A stretch of DNA of 55,361 bases from an uncultured virus (IMG/VR IMGVR_UViG_3300031992_000037) (taxonomy: Duplodnaviria > Heunggongvirae > Uroviricota > Caudoviricetes), in IMG/VR virus record IMGVR_UViG_3300031992_000037; one strand, written 5' to 3'. A model generated the notes under the pieces. That model did no database searches. It saw only the letters and a list, made by a program, of their open reading frames with translations, and was not told the DNA's origin. Position numbers and translations under genes: made by a program. Below are positions 12,081-22,686 of this stretch, piece by piece (the first letter of the stretch is position 1; each line of letters begins with the position of its first letter).

Positions 12081-14322
12081 TTTTTCTAACATTTTGCTCT
12101 TGTGTTGAAATAACTCCAAACACCTTCTAACCATATTCATTCTTATAATACCCAATAGTTCTGAGAATTTTTTGAGTAACTTCCTATTTAGGCCTCTTAC
12201 CTAACATATCTTCATCGGCTAATAAAGCCATAGCAAATGCAGCGGTAAGGTCAAATTTACCTTTATTTTCTGGGGTATATCTAATTAATTCATCTATAAC
12301 TTCTAGAAAATCTATCTAGTCACAATAATCATAAACATATTGTTGGATTAACTCTATTTGGTGTTCAATAATTCCAGCTGTAGCTGGACATCCATATTGA
12401 TTTGCATTCTATGTTTTAGAAGTAAGGGTTGCTCTAGGTCTTTTTAAGAAATATCCAGTCTATCCATACCTTCTAAAGTGTGTGAATATACTCATACGGG
12501 TTGCCTCAAATAATACTTTAGCATTATAAAACTCAGCTAATTTTAAAGCTGTATCATGGGCCATACTTGGATCATCAGGTCGTTCTTTATATATAGCAAC
12601 AATTTTTGGTGGTTTAAGTCCATACTATCGCCTGAAAACAATTAAGCCATATTTTGATAAGTCAGTTTGACCTGTACTAGTTTCTTTACCACTATCAAAG
12701 CAGTCTGCCCCTATTACATATAAATTAATAGGAACTGAACCGTCTTCTAATTTTATTGGTGGCTCAATCATATATATTGGCCCGTTATTAGACAATTCCA
12801 TTTTAGGAACTGCACTTCTATCAACTCCGCCCAACTCTTTACTATATGGCCAAATAAGTTTAATGCCTTTTGGTTTTTCAACCATACCCTATTCAATATA
12901 GGTTTTCTATTCTGCCAGCTTTTCAGTATTGAAAATATTAGAACCCTCTAATATAAAGGCATCTTCTGGAGTAAAACAATACTCTGCCTTATCTTTTAAT
13001 AAAGCCTCAGGATCTTCGATAGTACTCCACTGCTATTCATAATATCTTTTAGCCGCCTCCTCGTCAACAACTCCTCGGTCATCAAATTTACCAAACCATA
13101 AAGTATAAGCAGGGATAAAAAATCCTGTGAATGCTTCCTAACCGTCTCTTGAATAGAAATGTCTGTAAGGCAATACTTGGTAAGCTTCTGGATTATAAAA
13201 AATACTTTTTAATCCTGAAAGGGCAGGGCCCGAATCACCACCAGTTCCACCGGTACTTCTCTAACCAACTCTGTATCCTAAAATATCGACAAGAGGCCTT
13301 GATTGAATATAAGTATCTAAAAGCATGGGATCGGATCCACACTCCTCAAAAATTAAATTATATACACGAGCTCCACGAAGTTTTCTTGGCTTATCGTGTA
13401 CACGTCCCTCAATTACGGACATCCAACCAGTCTCATTCTTATCTTTATCTACTTTAGATGCTCGTTTATAAAACTAAGTATCAGCCTTCATTCTAACCCT
13501 TTTAAAAGCACCTTCTGTGCAGGTGTTTAAAAAGTCTAATTCCTGCCAAACCTTATCTAAGGTATTTGTTACATAATCGACATTAAAAGCAGTAACCATA
13601 TTATGGGAAGCCCTATGAAAGGAATAACCACAACATACATCTGATGCAGACATCTAAGAAAATCCAACACCACGAGATTTAAAGACATTTACATCCTTTC
13701 CCAATTTTCTGGCCAATGCTTTATAGTGAAAATACTCATACTATTTAGCAAAGAATCTTGGAAAATCCTCTTCCTGAGATTCTTGTTTATTTTCGGCCAA
13801 TACTGACGGCAGTCTGAAATAATTTATAAAGAAATAATTTTCACCTGTTAAAGTATATCTACCTATAGTAATCCCATCTTTACATCTATTAAATTCTTCT
13901 ATCCAATGTTCTCTGTGGGCAAAAGTTCCGGGGATTAATTGTGTATATCTACCAGTTCTCCTATAAGTATCGGCAGCAACTGTAAATAGTTTTGGATCAA
14001 AATCTAAACCTCTATTTGCAGTAATTGGTCTATATCCAGTTAATTCGTATGATAATTCAGGATCGAAATATTCAATCGGATCTCCAATTTTAACATCCCA
14101 CCCATCCTCATCATAAGATTTCTCTTCAACAACTGGTTTTGGTTCAGGTTCCTTATAATTAAGCATAGCTTGATACTCCTAATCATTTTTCTCTTTTTTA
14201 GTTGGAGTTTTTCTTTTCTTACTATACTTTTCATCAAGTTCCTATGCTTTAGCTATTAATTCCTCTCGTTTTTTCTCTCTCCAATATTTTTTTGATAGTT
14301 TTTCTAATTCCTTTTCATCCAT
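12067..14322 (-). CDS. terL: Terminase large subunit, about 751 aa with TAG=Gln
   Basis: One frame joins track ORFs 13741..14166 and 12625..12885. Motifs TGENYFFINY, LKSRGVGFS (Walker A-like), LIFEECGS (Walker B), GGTGGD, YVIGADCFD (RNase H-like) and KFDLTAAF. Confidence 0.92.
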
Positions 14323-14324
14323 AA

Positions 14325-14903
14325 TCAATCAAATAATCCTGGAGTTGTATCACCACGCAAACCAGTAGCTTCGTCAAGTTCTTCTTTATATTGGACCTCT
14401 AAATCTTTTAAGGCAGCTAATGCTTTAGAAAGATTTTGCATTTCTGTGAGAGTATCTTTAATTTTATATAAAGGCCTACCTTCACTATCAGTTAAAGAAT
14501 AATCAATATTATCTATGAAGACCTTCATCTTATGAATATTATTATTATAAGATTCAATCATTTGTCCTATAATAGATGAACTATTTTGAAGTTCTTGATA
14601 CTTTCTACAAGCGGCTCTAAATACTTCATCATTATATTCGTCTTCAGTTAATCCAGAAGCTTCCATAGCATATTTATGGCGGTTTGCCGGGGTGTCCTTA
14701 CTTCCAGGAGCACCCCAGTCTATTGCCATATAAATATATACTAATTCTCTAAAACCTCTCAGTTTCTTTTCGCCTGTAGGGTCTTCCTCACAGATATTTC
14801 TTTCATTAGTCCATAAATCAGCAAATTCCTTAACAAGGAATATTTCTGGTTCGTTTACGATGATTTTATTTTTAGTATTATCGTAAGCAAAAAATTTTAT
14901 CAT
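14325..14903 (-). CDS. Conserved protein immediately upstream of TerL (possible terminase small subunit)
   Basis: 192-aa TAG-free track ORF abutting terL; function inferred from position only. Confidence 0.6.
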   Translation of the reverse strand: MIKFFAYDNTKNKIIVNEPEIFLVKEFADLWTNERNICEEDPTGEKKLRGFRELVYIYMAIDWGAPGSKDTPANRHKYAMEASGLTEDEYNDEVFRAACRKYQELQNSSSIIGQMIESYNNNIHKMKVFIDNIDYSLTDSEGRPLYKIKDTLTEMQNLSKALAALKDLEVQYKEELDEATGLRGDTTPGLFD

Positions 14904-15027
14904 GACAAATTTTATCCAAGTCTAATATTATATTTACGTTTAACCTAAACGTCAGGACATAGATTATTCACCTACTACCCATGGGGTCAGTCGTAAATTA
15001 ATGTCTTTATAGTCGTGGATGACTTTT

Positions 15028-15435
15028 TTACCGTTCTGGAGAGATTACATTACTCCCCCCGTTTCTATACACAGGTTTACCAGTACAATCAACTTCAATC
15101 AATTTTCCACCGATCTTATGTAGTGTACAACTACAAGGTTTTTCGCCTTTAGATTTTTTTTCTACTTTATCTCCCAACCAATTACGTTTTACTTTAGTTC
15201 CACATTTGGCCATTTGGGTCTGGCCCCGCATTTGTTCAAGCAACTTTCCTATCTAGGGATCAGCCTAAGCTAACTCTTCAACAGCCTAACCTAGGCCCTG
15301 TTGAATTGCGGAAGCTAATACTTGGGCAGCCTACTATGGATTTTTCTAAATAACCTATAAAATCTCCTACGCTTCAGGAGATAAAGTCACACCTCCCTAT
15401 TGGAATTTTCTGTAATACTTTTGTGTGTTAATCAT
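15028..15435 (-). CDS. Gln-rich small protein with KFQQGG-type motif (135 aa, 9 TAG codons)
   Basis: MINTQKYYRKFQ(Q)GGVTLSPEA(Q)EIL(Q)VI(Q)KNP(QQ)AAQ... joins track ORF 15028..15243. Confidence 0.75.
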
Positions 15436-15446
15436 AATTATAATAT

Positions 15447-15668
15447 TTAAATTTTTTCAAGATCTTTAGTAGAGAATGTTTCTTCTCTAAATATACCCTA
15501 TTTGTCCAAATATCTACAAACTATTCCCTATAAGGTTTTGACAGAATCATTTCCATCTTTTATTGTAAGCTCCTTCTTTCTAACAACATACATAATCGGA
15601 GGATTTTCCAATTTATTACAAACAACTCTATCTCCAGGAATGTAAAACTTCTTTAATGTATCTTCCAT
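15447..15668 (-). CDS. Small SH3-like (YodC/DUF2158-like) protein, 73 aa
   Basis: FYIPGDRVVCNKLENPPIMYV...GIVCRYLDK(Q)GIFREETFSTKDL. Confidence 0.7.
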
Positions 15669-15669
15669 A

Positions 15670-16014
15670 TTAATCTTTTTTAAATCTTTCTGATAGGCCT
15701 TCTGCAATTATCGCTTTAACAGAAACCTCATTTAATACCCATAGGTCATGCCCAAAGAACGGTGCTGGGAATACAGCTCGATGATCAAATAAAACATCAT
15801 CTCCAGCTTTTACAAACTCACATTCAGGACCTGCCTCAATAACTTTACCAAAAAATGCAGTATTTTCTAATTTTTCAACTAAACCTGAATCGGGATTAAC
15901 AAAATCCTCTGTCATTTCTACCTCATTTTCTTTTACAATCTTTTTATAAGGATTGTCAAAATAAATCTCAATCAAGAGATTATTCATAATTGGATAAATT
16001 TCTTTCTCTTCCAT
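15670..16014 (-). CDS. groES: GroES-like co-chaperonin
   Basis: IYPIMNNLLI...GKVIEAGPECEFVKAGDDVLF...VLNEVSVKAII. Confidence 0.8.
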   Translation of the reverse strand: MEEKEIYPIMNNLLIEIYFDNPYKKIVKENEVEMTEDFVNPDSGLVEKLENTAFFGKVIEAGPECEFVKAGDDVLFDHRAVFPAPFFGHDLWVLNEVSVKAIIAEGLSERFKKD

Positions 16015-17474
16015 TATTCATTAACAATTAAACAATTTGCACTAATTATATTAGTTGCAGCACTAACTGCATTTTCTAAAGTTTCTTTTACTACTAAGTA
16101 TGGCTCAATAATCCCATTCTCAAAAGCATCTCCAGAAACTCCAGTCCTAATATTTAAAACATCCCAATAATCTTCTACACTTCCACTTGAACTCGTTGCC
16201 TGATCCAATAGGATTTGTGTTGGGGCATATAAAGCCTTCTTTAAAAGTGGAACATTTAAATTCTTAGCAGCTTCTCTTAAAGCTTTACCACATCCAGGAA
16301 GTACCCCTCCTTTTAAAGCACAAGCTGTAGCTGAAATTGCATCTTCATATAAGTCACATCTAGTCTTAGCTTCTGTCTCACTATATCCACCTACGAATAT
16401 TTTAGCAAGCCCACCAGAAAACATTGCAAGACGTCTTCTATGAAATTCATACTCAATCTCAGGGAGTGGATTCTCAAGGATCTGTTTTACCATATACTTA
16501 CGTTCCTCAACGGCCTCTGTATTAGAATTATAGCCTATAAAGGTTGTATCATCTTTTGTAATGATAACTTTATCACAACACATTGAATCACCTAAAACTG
16601 CTTTAATATCTTCTAAAATAGTTTCTCTCATGACTCCAAATTCAGGACTTTGGATTAATCCTGCCTGCATTCGCCCACCTTTGTTTGGATCAAACATATT
16701 GTGATATATCAACATTGTAATAGAAGAATCGAAATCTGGGGCAATTAATAAAAGTGATTTTCCTTGATCAATCGCCTTTTGCCAGATCTCTTTAACTTTT
16801 CTAGTTTCTTCCATTTTAGTTTGGGAGATATATACCTGAACATTATTCAATTCTATATTTCCTTCACTAGTATTGATAAGATATGGGGAAAAGAATCCTG
16901 AATTAATTCGAAAGCCTCTGCTGTACTCTATCCTATCAGTCACGCTCTCACCCTTCTCATATAATACAAGTCCATCTTTTCCAACCTTATCATAAGCTTC
17001 GGCAATTGTTTCACCAATCAACTCATCCCCATTGGCTGACAATGTTGCAACTTTTTTAATATCTTCTTTATTAGAGATCTGCTTTGTATGTGATTTCAAA
17101 TCTTCTAAAACCAAATCCCTCTCTTTAAATAATTTTCTAGAAATTTCTATTGGATTGCCAAAGTTTATATAATCATTTACAATAGCCCTTGTAAGTATTG
17201 CGACGGTACTAGAACCATCTCCGACTTCTTTTGCAGTTTTTACTGAAACTTCTTTAATAAGATCTACACCAGCTTGTATATATGGATCTAGTACTCTAAC
17301 TGCTTCAGAGACGGTCTTTCCATCTTTTGTTATTTTTATCCCAGCAGGATTTTTAATAGCTACTGTTGCTGCATTTGGACCATAAGTACACTGAATTGCA
17401 TCTGTAATTAAATTAACACCCTCTAATAGTTTTTCTCTGGCAATCTCACCAATTAATACACAATCATTATTCAT
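16014..17474 (-). CDS. groEL: GroEL-like chaperonin (486 aa, divergent)
   Basis: TYGPNA, ITKDGKTV, VGDGSST, VATLSANGD, YDKVGKDG, GGVLPGCG, GIIEPYLV. Confidence 0.92.
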   Translation of the reverse strand: MNNDCVLIGEIAREKLLEGVNLITDAIQCTYGPNAATVAIKNPAGIKITKDGKTVSEAVRVLDPYIQAGVDLIKEVSVKTAKEVGDGSSTVAILTRAIVNDYINFGNPIEISRKLFKERDLVLEDLKSHTKQISNKEDIKKVATLSANGDELIGETIAEAYDKVGKDGLVLYEKGESVTDRIEYSRGFRINSGFFSPYLINTSEGNIELNNVQVYISQTKMEETRKVKEIWQKAIDQGKSLLLIAPDFDSSITMLIYHNMFDPNKGGRMQAGLIQSPEFGVMRETILEDIKAVLGDSMCCDKVIITKDDTTFIGYNSNTEAVEERKYMVKQILENPLPEIEYEFHRRRLAMFSGGLAKIFVGGYSETEAKTRCDLYEDAISATACALKGGVLPGCGKALREAAKNLNVPLLKKALYAPTQILLDQATSSSGSVEDYWDVLNIRTGVSGDAFENGIIEPYLVVKETLENAVSAATNIISANCLIVNE

Positions 17475-17588
17475 AATACATATTTTTCATTAAACATACA
17501 AAAATAATATTTTTTATATATAAAAAAAATAATCATCTATTGATTATCGGTAAAATGAATCAATAGAAGATTATTTTATTCTTTAATA

Positions 17589-17885
17589 TTAAACTGGCCA
17601 TTTATTTAAAACACATCTAGCAGATGGGACTCGACTCTTTTTCTCCATAAAACAATTACATCCGCATATAAATCCTTTTCCTGGGACCTGGCTGATTTCC
17701 TCAGTTTCTGGATTATAACATTTCTTTGCATCACATCGTTTAGAATTTGGATCATAAAGAACACACTCTTTACAAACCGCCATCCTAAGATCATGAAGTT
17801 CTTGTTCACGGCCTAATAAATCATTAGTCCAACCTTTAGCTATATCACCAACTTGTTTAAATGAGTTTATTCCAAACATAATCAA
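17589..17885 (-). CDS. Cys-rich putative zinc-binding protein
   Basis: RMAVCKEC...C...CGCNC...K...CVLNKW. Confidence 0.75.
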   Translation of the reverse strand: MIMFGINSFKQVGDIAKGWTNDLLGREQELHDLRMAVCKECVLYDPNSKRCDAKKCYNPETEEISQVPGKGFICGCNCFMEKKSRVPSARCVLNKWPV

Positions 17886-18283
17886 TCTTCTTTAGATTTT
17901 AAATAAGCATATGCGCCACCAAAAAGAATCAAACAAGTTCCAGCTCCTATAGGTACAGCTTGATATGGAACAGCATCTTTACTATTTGGGCCACCATTAA
18001 ACCAATCAACTCTATTGTTATACCAACCATCGCTGGGAGGAATAAATGGAAATATATCTCCCTTATAATGCCATTGATACCAAATCCCATTCTTCTAGTA
18101 CCACCAAGTCTATGTTTTTTCATTATATCTATATTCAACATTAGGATCATCATTATCTCCTCCCGGAGTTTCTCTAGATTCCCCATATTCATTATATACA
18201 GTAATTCTTCTAGGTTCCTAAGTAACTCCTCTGTATACTGGTGGTTGATATAATAATATAAATAGTATTAGTAATGTTATCAT
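17882..18283 (-). CDS. Secreted/membrane protein with C-terminal PI(D/G)-CTERM-like sorting signal (133 aa, TAG=Gln)
   Basis: N-terminus MITLLILFILLY; C-terminus VPIGAGTCLILFGGAYAYLKSKED; ATGA overlap with the lysozyme stop. Confidence 0.7.
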
Positions 18284-19083
18284 TTATTAAATTTTAATTC
18301 TACAATTTGTTCTCTATTACGAGCTAACATTCCACCTCCCCTAAACTAATAGGGATTTTTATCTCTAACTCTTTTATCCATATCAGACTAAGGCTAATGT
18401 AAATGCTAAACATCAACCAAGCGATTATTCCATGTAGAGCCTTTTGTGAACACACTATCAGAAAAATTCATATAAGGTGATTCATGTGTTGTAGCATAAT
18501 TAATTGAGTTATTATGATTCCAATTATATAATTCACCAATCATCGCCGCAACTCTAGACCGTCTATCGTATAAATTATTTCTATGATTTTCAGAAGGTTT
18601 AAATTCCATTTCATTTATAATCTATTGATATTCATCGGTATCCATCTACCCATCTTCCATAGCTTTATTTATAGCAGCTGTAAATTTTGGACTTTTCAAT
18701 TTAAAATTATCTGGCCCACCTCTATAGGCATTATTTAAGATAGCATACTTCAATTGTGGATAAAAATTATCCCAATTTGGAAAATAAGATTTAATAGTTT
18801 CTTCATGCTAATCCAGATATGCACCAATAGCTTTTTCAGCATCCTCTTTTGAAATCTTATCCCCCTCTTTGACAGGAGTTCCATCTGCATATACAGTAGT
18901 TCCATAACCAATTGTCCATTTCTTACCAACCGAATCCCAATATGCCTCTGGCCTGAAGGTTTCGTATCTCTTTAAAAAATCTATAAATCTGCTATCGTAT
19001 TTTTGTCTTTTAACTTGAAAATTTTCCCAAAATTTCTAGAAGGGATTCTGAGTTGTGAGTAAATACTATTATATTTCTCCCAT
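18280..19083 (-). CDS. GH24 (T4-lysozyme-like) muramidase with C-terminal extension; TAG=Gln; in-frame TAA at codon 5
   Basis: FLKRYETFRPEAYWDSVGKKWTIGYGTTVYADGTPVKEGDKIS carries the E...D...T triad and joins track ORF 18406..18609. Start reads ATG GGA GAA ATA TAA TAG. Confidence 0.8.
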
Positions 19084-19243
19084 AATTTAAAAATTCTATT
19101 TATTTTGGCTATAATTATAAAATCCATTTATATAAGGGTGGTCGCCAATCCCATAAACACCAATAGACATATTCTAACTCTATCCCAAGGTATTCTTATT
19201 AAGATTAATATCAAAACCCCCAATAGGTTTATGTCTGCGTAGT

Positions 19244-19438
19244 TCAATATTTAACCTCGGATTTATATTTATAAATCCATCCATTCAACCGAGCTAAGTT
19301 TTCAAGGTTTCTTGGTGTTATACCAGAGCTTCCCCAACCATAATTGGGTATAGTATCTCCATCGGCCTTATAAATACCATTATTCAGTTCATACACCATT
19401 ATATGCCTTGTATCTTTGGGGCTTGCATAAAACTCCAC
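19244..19438 (-). pseudogene. Gene fragment or small hypothetical protein
   Basis: 64-aa GTG-start track ORF without a clear ATG; possibly a remnant. Confidence 0.3.
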
Positions 19439-19466
19439 TCTATTTCCTAAATTTTGTGTTGGTATA

Positions 19467-20006
19467 TTATTTTATATTAATCATTCTTCCAATTCCAACC
19501 TAAACACCTACACCAAATTCAGGACCGTATCCAAAAGTTCCCTATTGAATATTTCCATGTACCCCGAATCCTCCATAAAATCCGAATGAGACAACCATGC
19601 CCCATTTCTTAGGCTATTGGATTATTGTTTGTATTTCTTTATTATATTTATAATTTAATTTAATAGAATCTATATCAGAAGCAAATCCATGATAGTAAAC
19701 ATCTAATTTTGTTTCTGAAGAATCGGACGTTATAGTATCAGAATATACTTTATAATCTATTGGTAAATCATATAGATATACCGTATCATTATTAGTAACA
19801 TAAAAAGTATCTGTAGTATTTACATATTGAACTTTTGTATGTTCTACTATCCTTTCTTCTACTAATGTTATTGTATCATGTTTCTCTACGTACTCTGTAG
19901 TAATCTATGGTTTCTAAGAACAATTACTCATTAAACAGATACATAGAATAATATTTATAACTATAGAAGTTATAAGATAAGTGTGTTTTTTTAAAAAATT
20001 TATCAT
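19467..20006 (-). CDS. Spanin-like lysis-module protein (DUF6808-like: N-terminal TM, DT-rich repeats, C-terminal Gly/aromatic beta-hairpin), 179 aa
   Basis: ...KHDTITL...DTVYLYDLPIDYKVYSDT...KKWGMVVSFGFYGGFG...YGPEFGVGV(Q)VG. Confidence 0.7.
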
Positions 20007-20249
20007 AGTAATTAAAAAAAACTACTCCGACTTTCCCAAGCAGGAGTAGCAAAAATAATTCTACAAAAATAATTCTAAAATTATGAAAACTTTTTCATTG
20101 TTATTTCTAAAACCAATGCAAAGATAATACTTTTTTCTGAAACTACCAAATTTTAAATCACAATTTTCAACTTTATAAAATCTGATAATTTCTCTTCAGT
20201 TTACTACCAAATAAATCAAAAGTTCTATTCTTCATGTTCATTAATCAAA

Positions 20250-20990
20250 TTATTTTTCTGGGGTAAGAACCCCAGCTCCCAATGATACCGGAGGGACAGC
20301 CATAAAGTACTTCATATACTTCTTTAATGATTCAGGAGTAAATATTTCCTATAATTGGCGCATATTTAAGTTCCAAAGTTCTGGCGAATTTAAATATTTT
20401 TCCATAGGTACTCTCTTCTTTGCTGCATCTATTTCTGCCGTAAGAGCACGTTGTCTAATCTCCTAATCAGAAGCAACGTTTCTATAATGTTTTTCCGCCT
20501 CAACATCATTTAGGATTTCATCCAGAGCGTCTTCTCGTTCAATTGGGCGAATTTCATGATTATAATCCATGGCCTTTTTAACTTCAGGATTCTCCTTACC
20601 AATTTTCAAAAAATAAGTATCATATTCTGGAGAAGCCTCTCTAAATATTGAACCCTCGGGTTCATAATTCATTGTTCCGGCATGTCCAAACTCATGTACA
20701 GCAACCTCGTGTGCAGATTGTTTATTTGTGAAGAATCTTGGATCAAAAGTCATACGGGTTCCATGTGGAACTAGCTCTCCGTTTCTAAGATAGCCCACGG
20801 TAACAGCTACATTATCTCCCTCTAAATTTCCTAACATAATCTGGGAGTTCTAGAGGTTTAATAACTATTCATCAGCTAGAGAACGAACCTATGATTCCGG
20901 AATGCCATTAGCCAGCTATCTCTTATACCAAACTCCTCCTGGAGATAGGGCTCGGTGATAGTCCTGGTATCCTGATGCGAGACCCTTCAT
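20250..20990 (-). CDS. HExxH metallopeptidase-like protein; may be the C-terminal part of the 21066-22214 gene
   Basis: VAVHEFGHAG with a downstream E(IRQRA). Same frame as the upstream ORF and separated from it by a single TAA at 21066-21068. Confidence 0.7.
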
Positions 20991-21065
20991 AACATCTTCC
21001 TATGAAGCATCACCAGTTAAAACAGATTTTGCTGTGGTAAAATTATTCGTTGGGGTCGTGCCTTT

Positions 21066-22214
21066 TTACAAACTAAATGTCTTACCACTTTTATCAAATC
21101 TAAAGGGTCTCTATCCAAAATATGGGCCCCTTCTATATAAACTTCCAAAGGGAACTGTTTTTGTTAAGGATTGCCGTTCTAAAAATGGAGACACCTCACT
21201 ATATAAAGCACCCACATCTATCGGATTTGGGTATAATTTAGAGGCTATTACATCGGCCCCAAACTCCATACCAGTTCTAGGACTCGTAAAATCAAAACTT
21301 CCATATTTATACCCCTAGACTGGGGCACGTCTAATAAAATTAGGTCTATTACTGTCCAGAATCCCCTAGGAATCTTCAAACAAATGCCCATATTCATGAG
21401 CTGCGTCCCACATCTTAACTGTTGTTCCATTCTTAGAGTTTCCACCAAGTCCATGTATACTTGGGATAGCTCCCTCACCTCCGAAGTATTCTGGACCACC
21501 ATTAACTTCTCTATTATAATATCTAACTCTCTTAGCAAATGGGGAGAAATTATTTAGCATCACATTAGCCTCTTCAGGACTGTAATTATTTCTTATAGCC
21601 CGCTATAAATTTCTATTTATAGTGGCAAACCTCATAGTTTCTATCGGATGTGCTAATCTATTACCGACGGTCACCCATGAAGTAGTTGGGGCTAAATATT
21701 GATAACCACCTAAAGCAGTTAAACCTCCAACGAGTGCCGTTTTACCATACTCCTTCAAAGCCTAATCAGATCTCCATCCATATTTCTTACCGGTGTCATA
21801 GGCATTTTTTGCATTAATACCAGTATAAATAGTACCTTCCGCCGTAAGTAATGGAAGTGTGATTTCCGGAGCAGCTATAAGTCCTAAAGTGCCAACTCCA
21901 AATTTAACTGGAAAACTTACAACTTCCTCAATAGGTTTACTTTGTTCTATTAATTTATGTTCATTATATATTTTTACATTTTTATTAGTATCCTATTGTT
22001 TCTTTTGCTTCTATTCCGTAGTTAATTTTTCCCCCTAAGATATGACTTGCTATGGTGTAGAGTTCTACTCCAACCACAAGAGATAATCCTAATATGTTGG
22101 TGTCTTATGAGCATTTTTTGAAGCTTCTAGAAATTCATCGGGAAATGTAAACTTTATTGGCTGAATAGGTTCTAGAAAAGAAACCATAGTTGCATCGTTT
22201 GAAAATGTTGGCAT
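21066..22214 (-). CDS. Putative virion cargo protein with hydrophobic segments and HExxH motif (TAG=Gln)
   Basis: ATG at 22214; includes track ORF 21366..21563 (DAAHEYGH) and downstream MEFGAD. Confidence 0.7.
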
Positions 22215-22272
22215 AATTTCATTTATTTAATTTTCCACACTTTTCTATAAAAGTTTAATTATATATTTTTAG

Positions 22273-22343
22273 CAGGTCTACTTCGAATCGAACAAAGGAT
22301 CTCAGTTTTGGAGACTGATGTTTTACCACTAAACTATAGACCT
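22273..22343 (-). tRNA. tRNA-Trp (CCA)
   Basis: AGGTCTA...TCAGT-CT[CCA]AA-ACTGA...TTCGATT...TAGACCT-G. Confidence 0.9.
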
Positions 22344-22363
22344 ATCAGTAGAGTATAAGAGTT

Positions 22364-22437
22364 TGGACACCATAGTAAGAATCGAACTTACGATAACAGT
22401 TTTGCAGACTGTTGCCTTTCCACTTGGCTATATGGTG
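22364..22437 (-). tRNA. tRNA-Cys (GCA), encoded CCA end
   Basis: CACCATA...ACAGT-CT[GCA]AA-ACTGT...GTAAG-TTCGATT-CTTAC-TATGGTG-T-CCA. Confidence 0.9.
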
Positions 22438-22440
22438 TTG

Positions 22441-22590
22441 AAACAGCGTTTTAAGGATTTACGGTACGCTGTTAAGAGAAACCTCTGCCACATGGGCAGG
22501 GTGTTATAATGGAACCTCTCTCACCGATCCCACCAAGGCTCATGCACTACCTGTGGGCTGATACTCTTCTATTGCATTATTCAAGTATCC
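22441..22590 (-). ncRNA. Candidate structured RNA between tRNA-Asn and tRNA-Cys
   Basis: Four hairpins; loops carry complementary ATGCA/TGCAT. Confidence 0.4.
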
Positions 22591-22594
22591 AGTG

Positions 22595-22668
22595 CGGATT
22601 CAGTAGGACTTGAACCTACGACCCTCTGATTAACAGTCAGATGCTCTAACCAACTGAGCTATGAATCC
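22595..22668 (-). tRNA. tRNA-Asn (GTT)
   Basis: GGATTCA-TAGCTCAGTTGGTTAGAGCA-TCTGA-CT[GTT]AA-TCAGA-GGGTC-GTAGG-TTCAAGT-CCTAC-TGAATCC-G. Confidence 0.93.
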
Positions 22669-22686
22669 AAATCCCAGAATCTGGGA

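Noticed and set aside
13654..13656. TAG=Glu alternative (GFS*M, where I recall homologs often having E)
   Set aside because: It is a single site. Several stronger motifs and the Gln-like suppressor acceptor stem favour Gln.
12067..14322. Intron or intein in terL
   Set aside because: The breaks examined are in-frame TAGs, and the length and motif spacing fit an uninterrupted enzyme.
22497..22522. preQ1-I riboswitch resemblance (AGAGGTTCC...ACACCCT)
   Set aside because: It lacks the A-rich 3' tail and is not upstream of a CDS; kept only as part of an unassigned RNA candidate.
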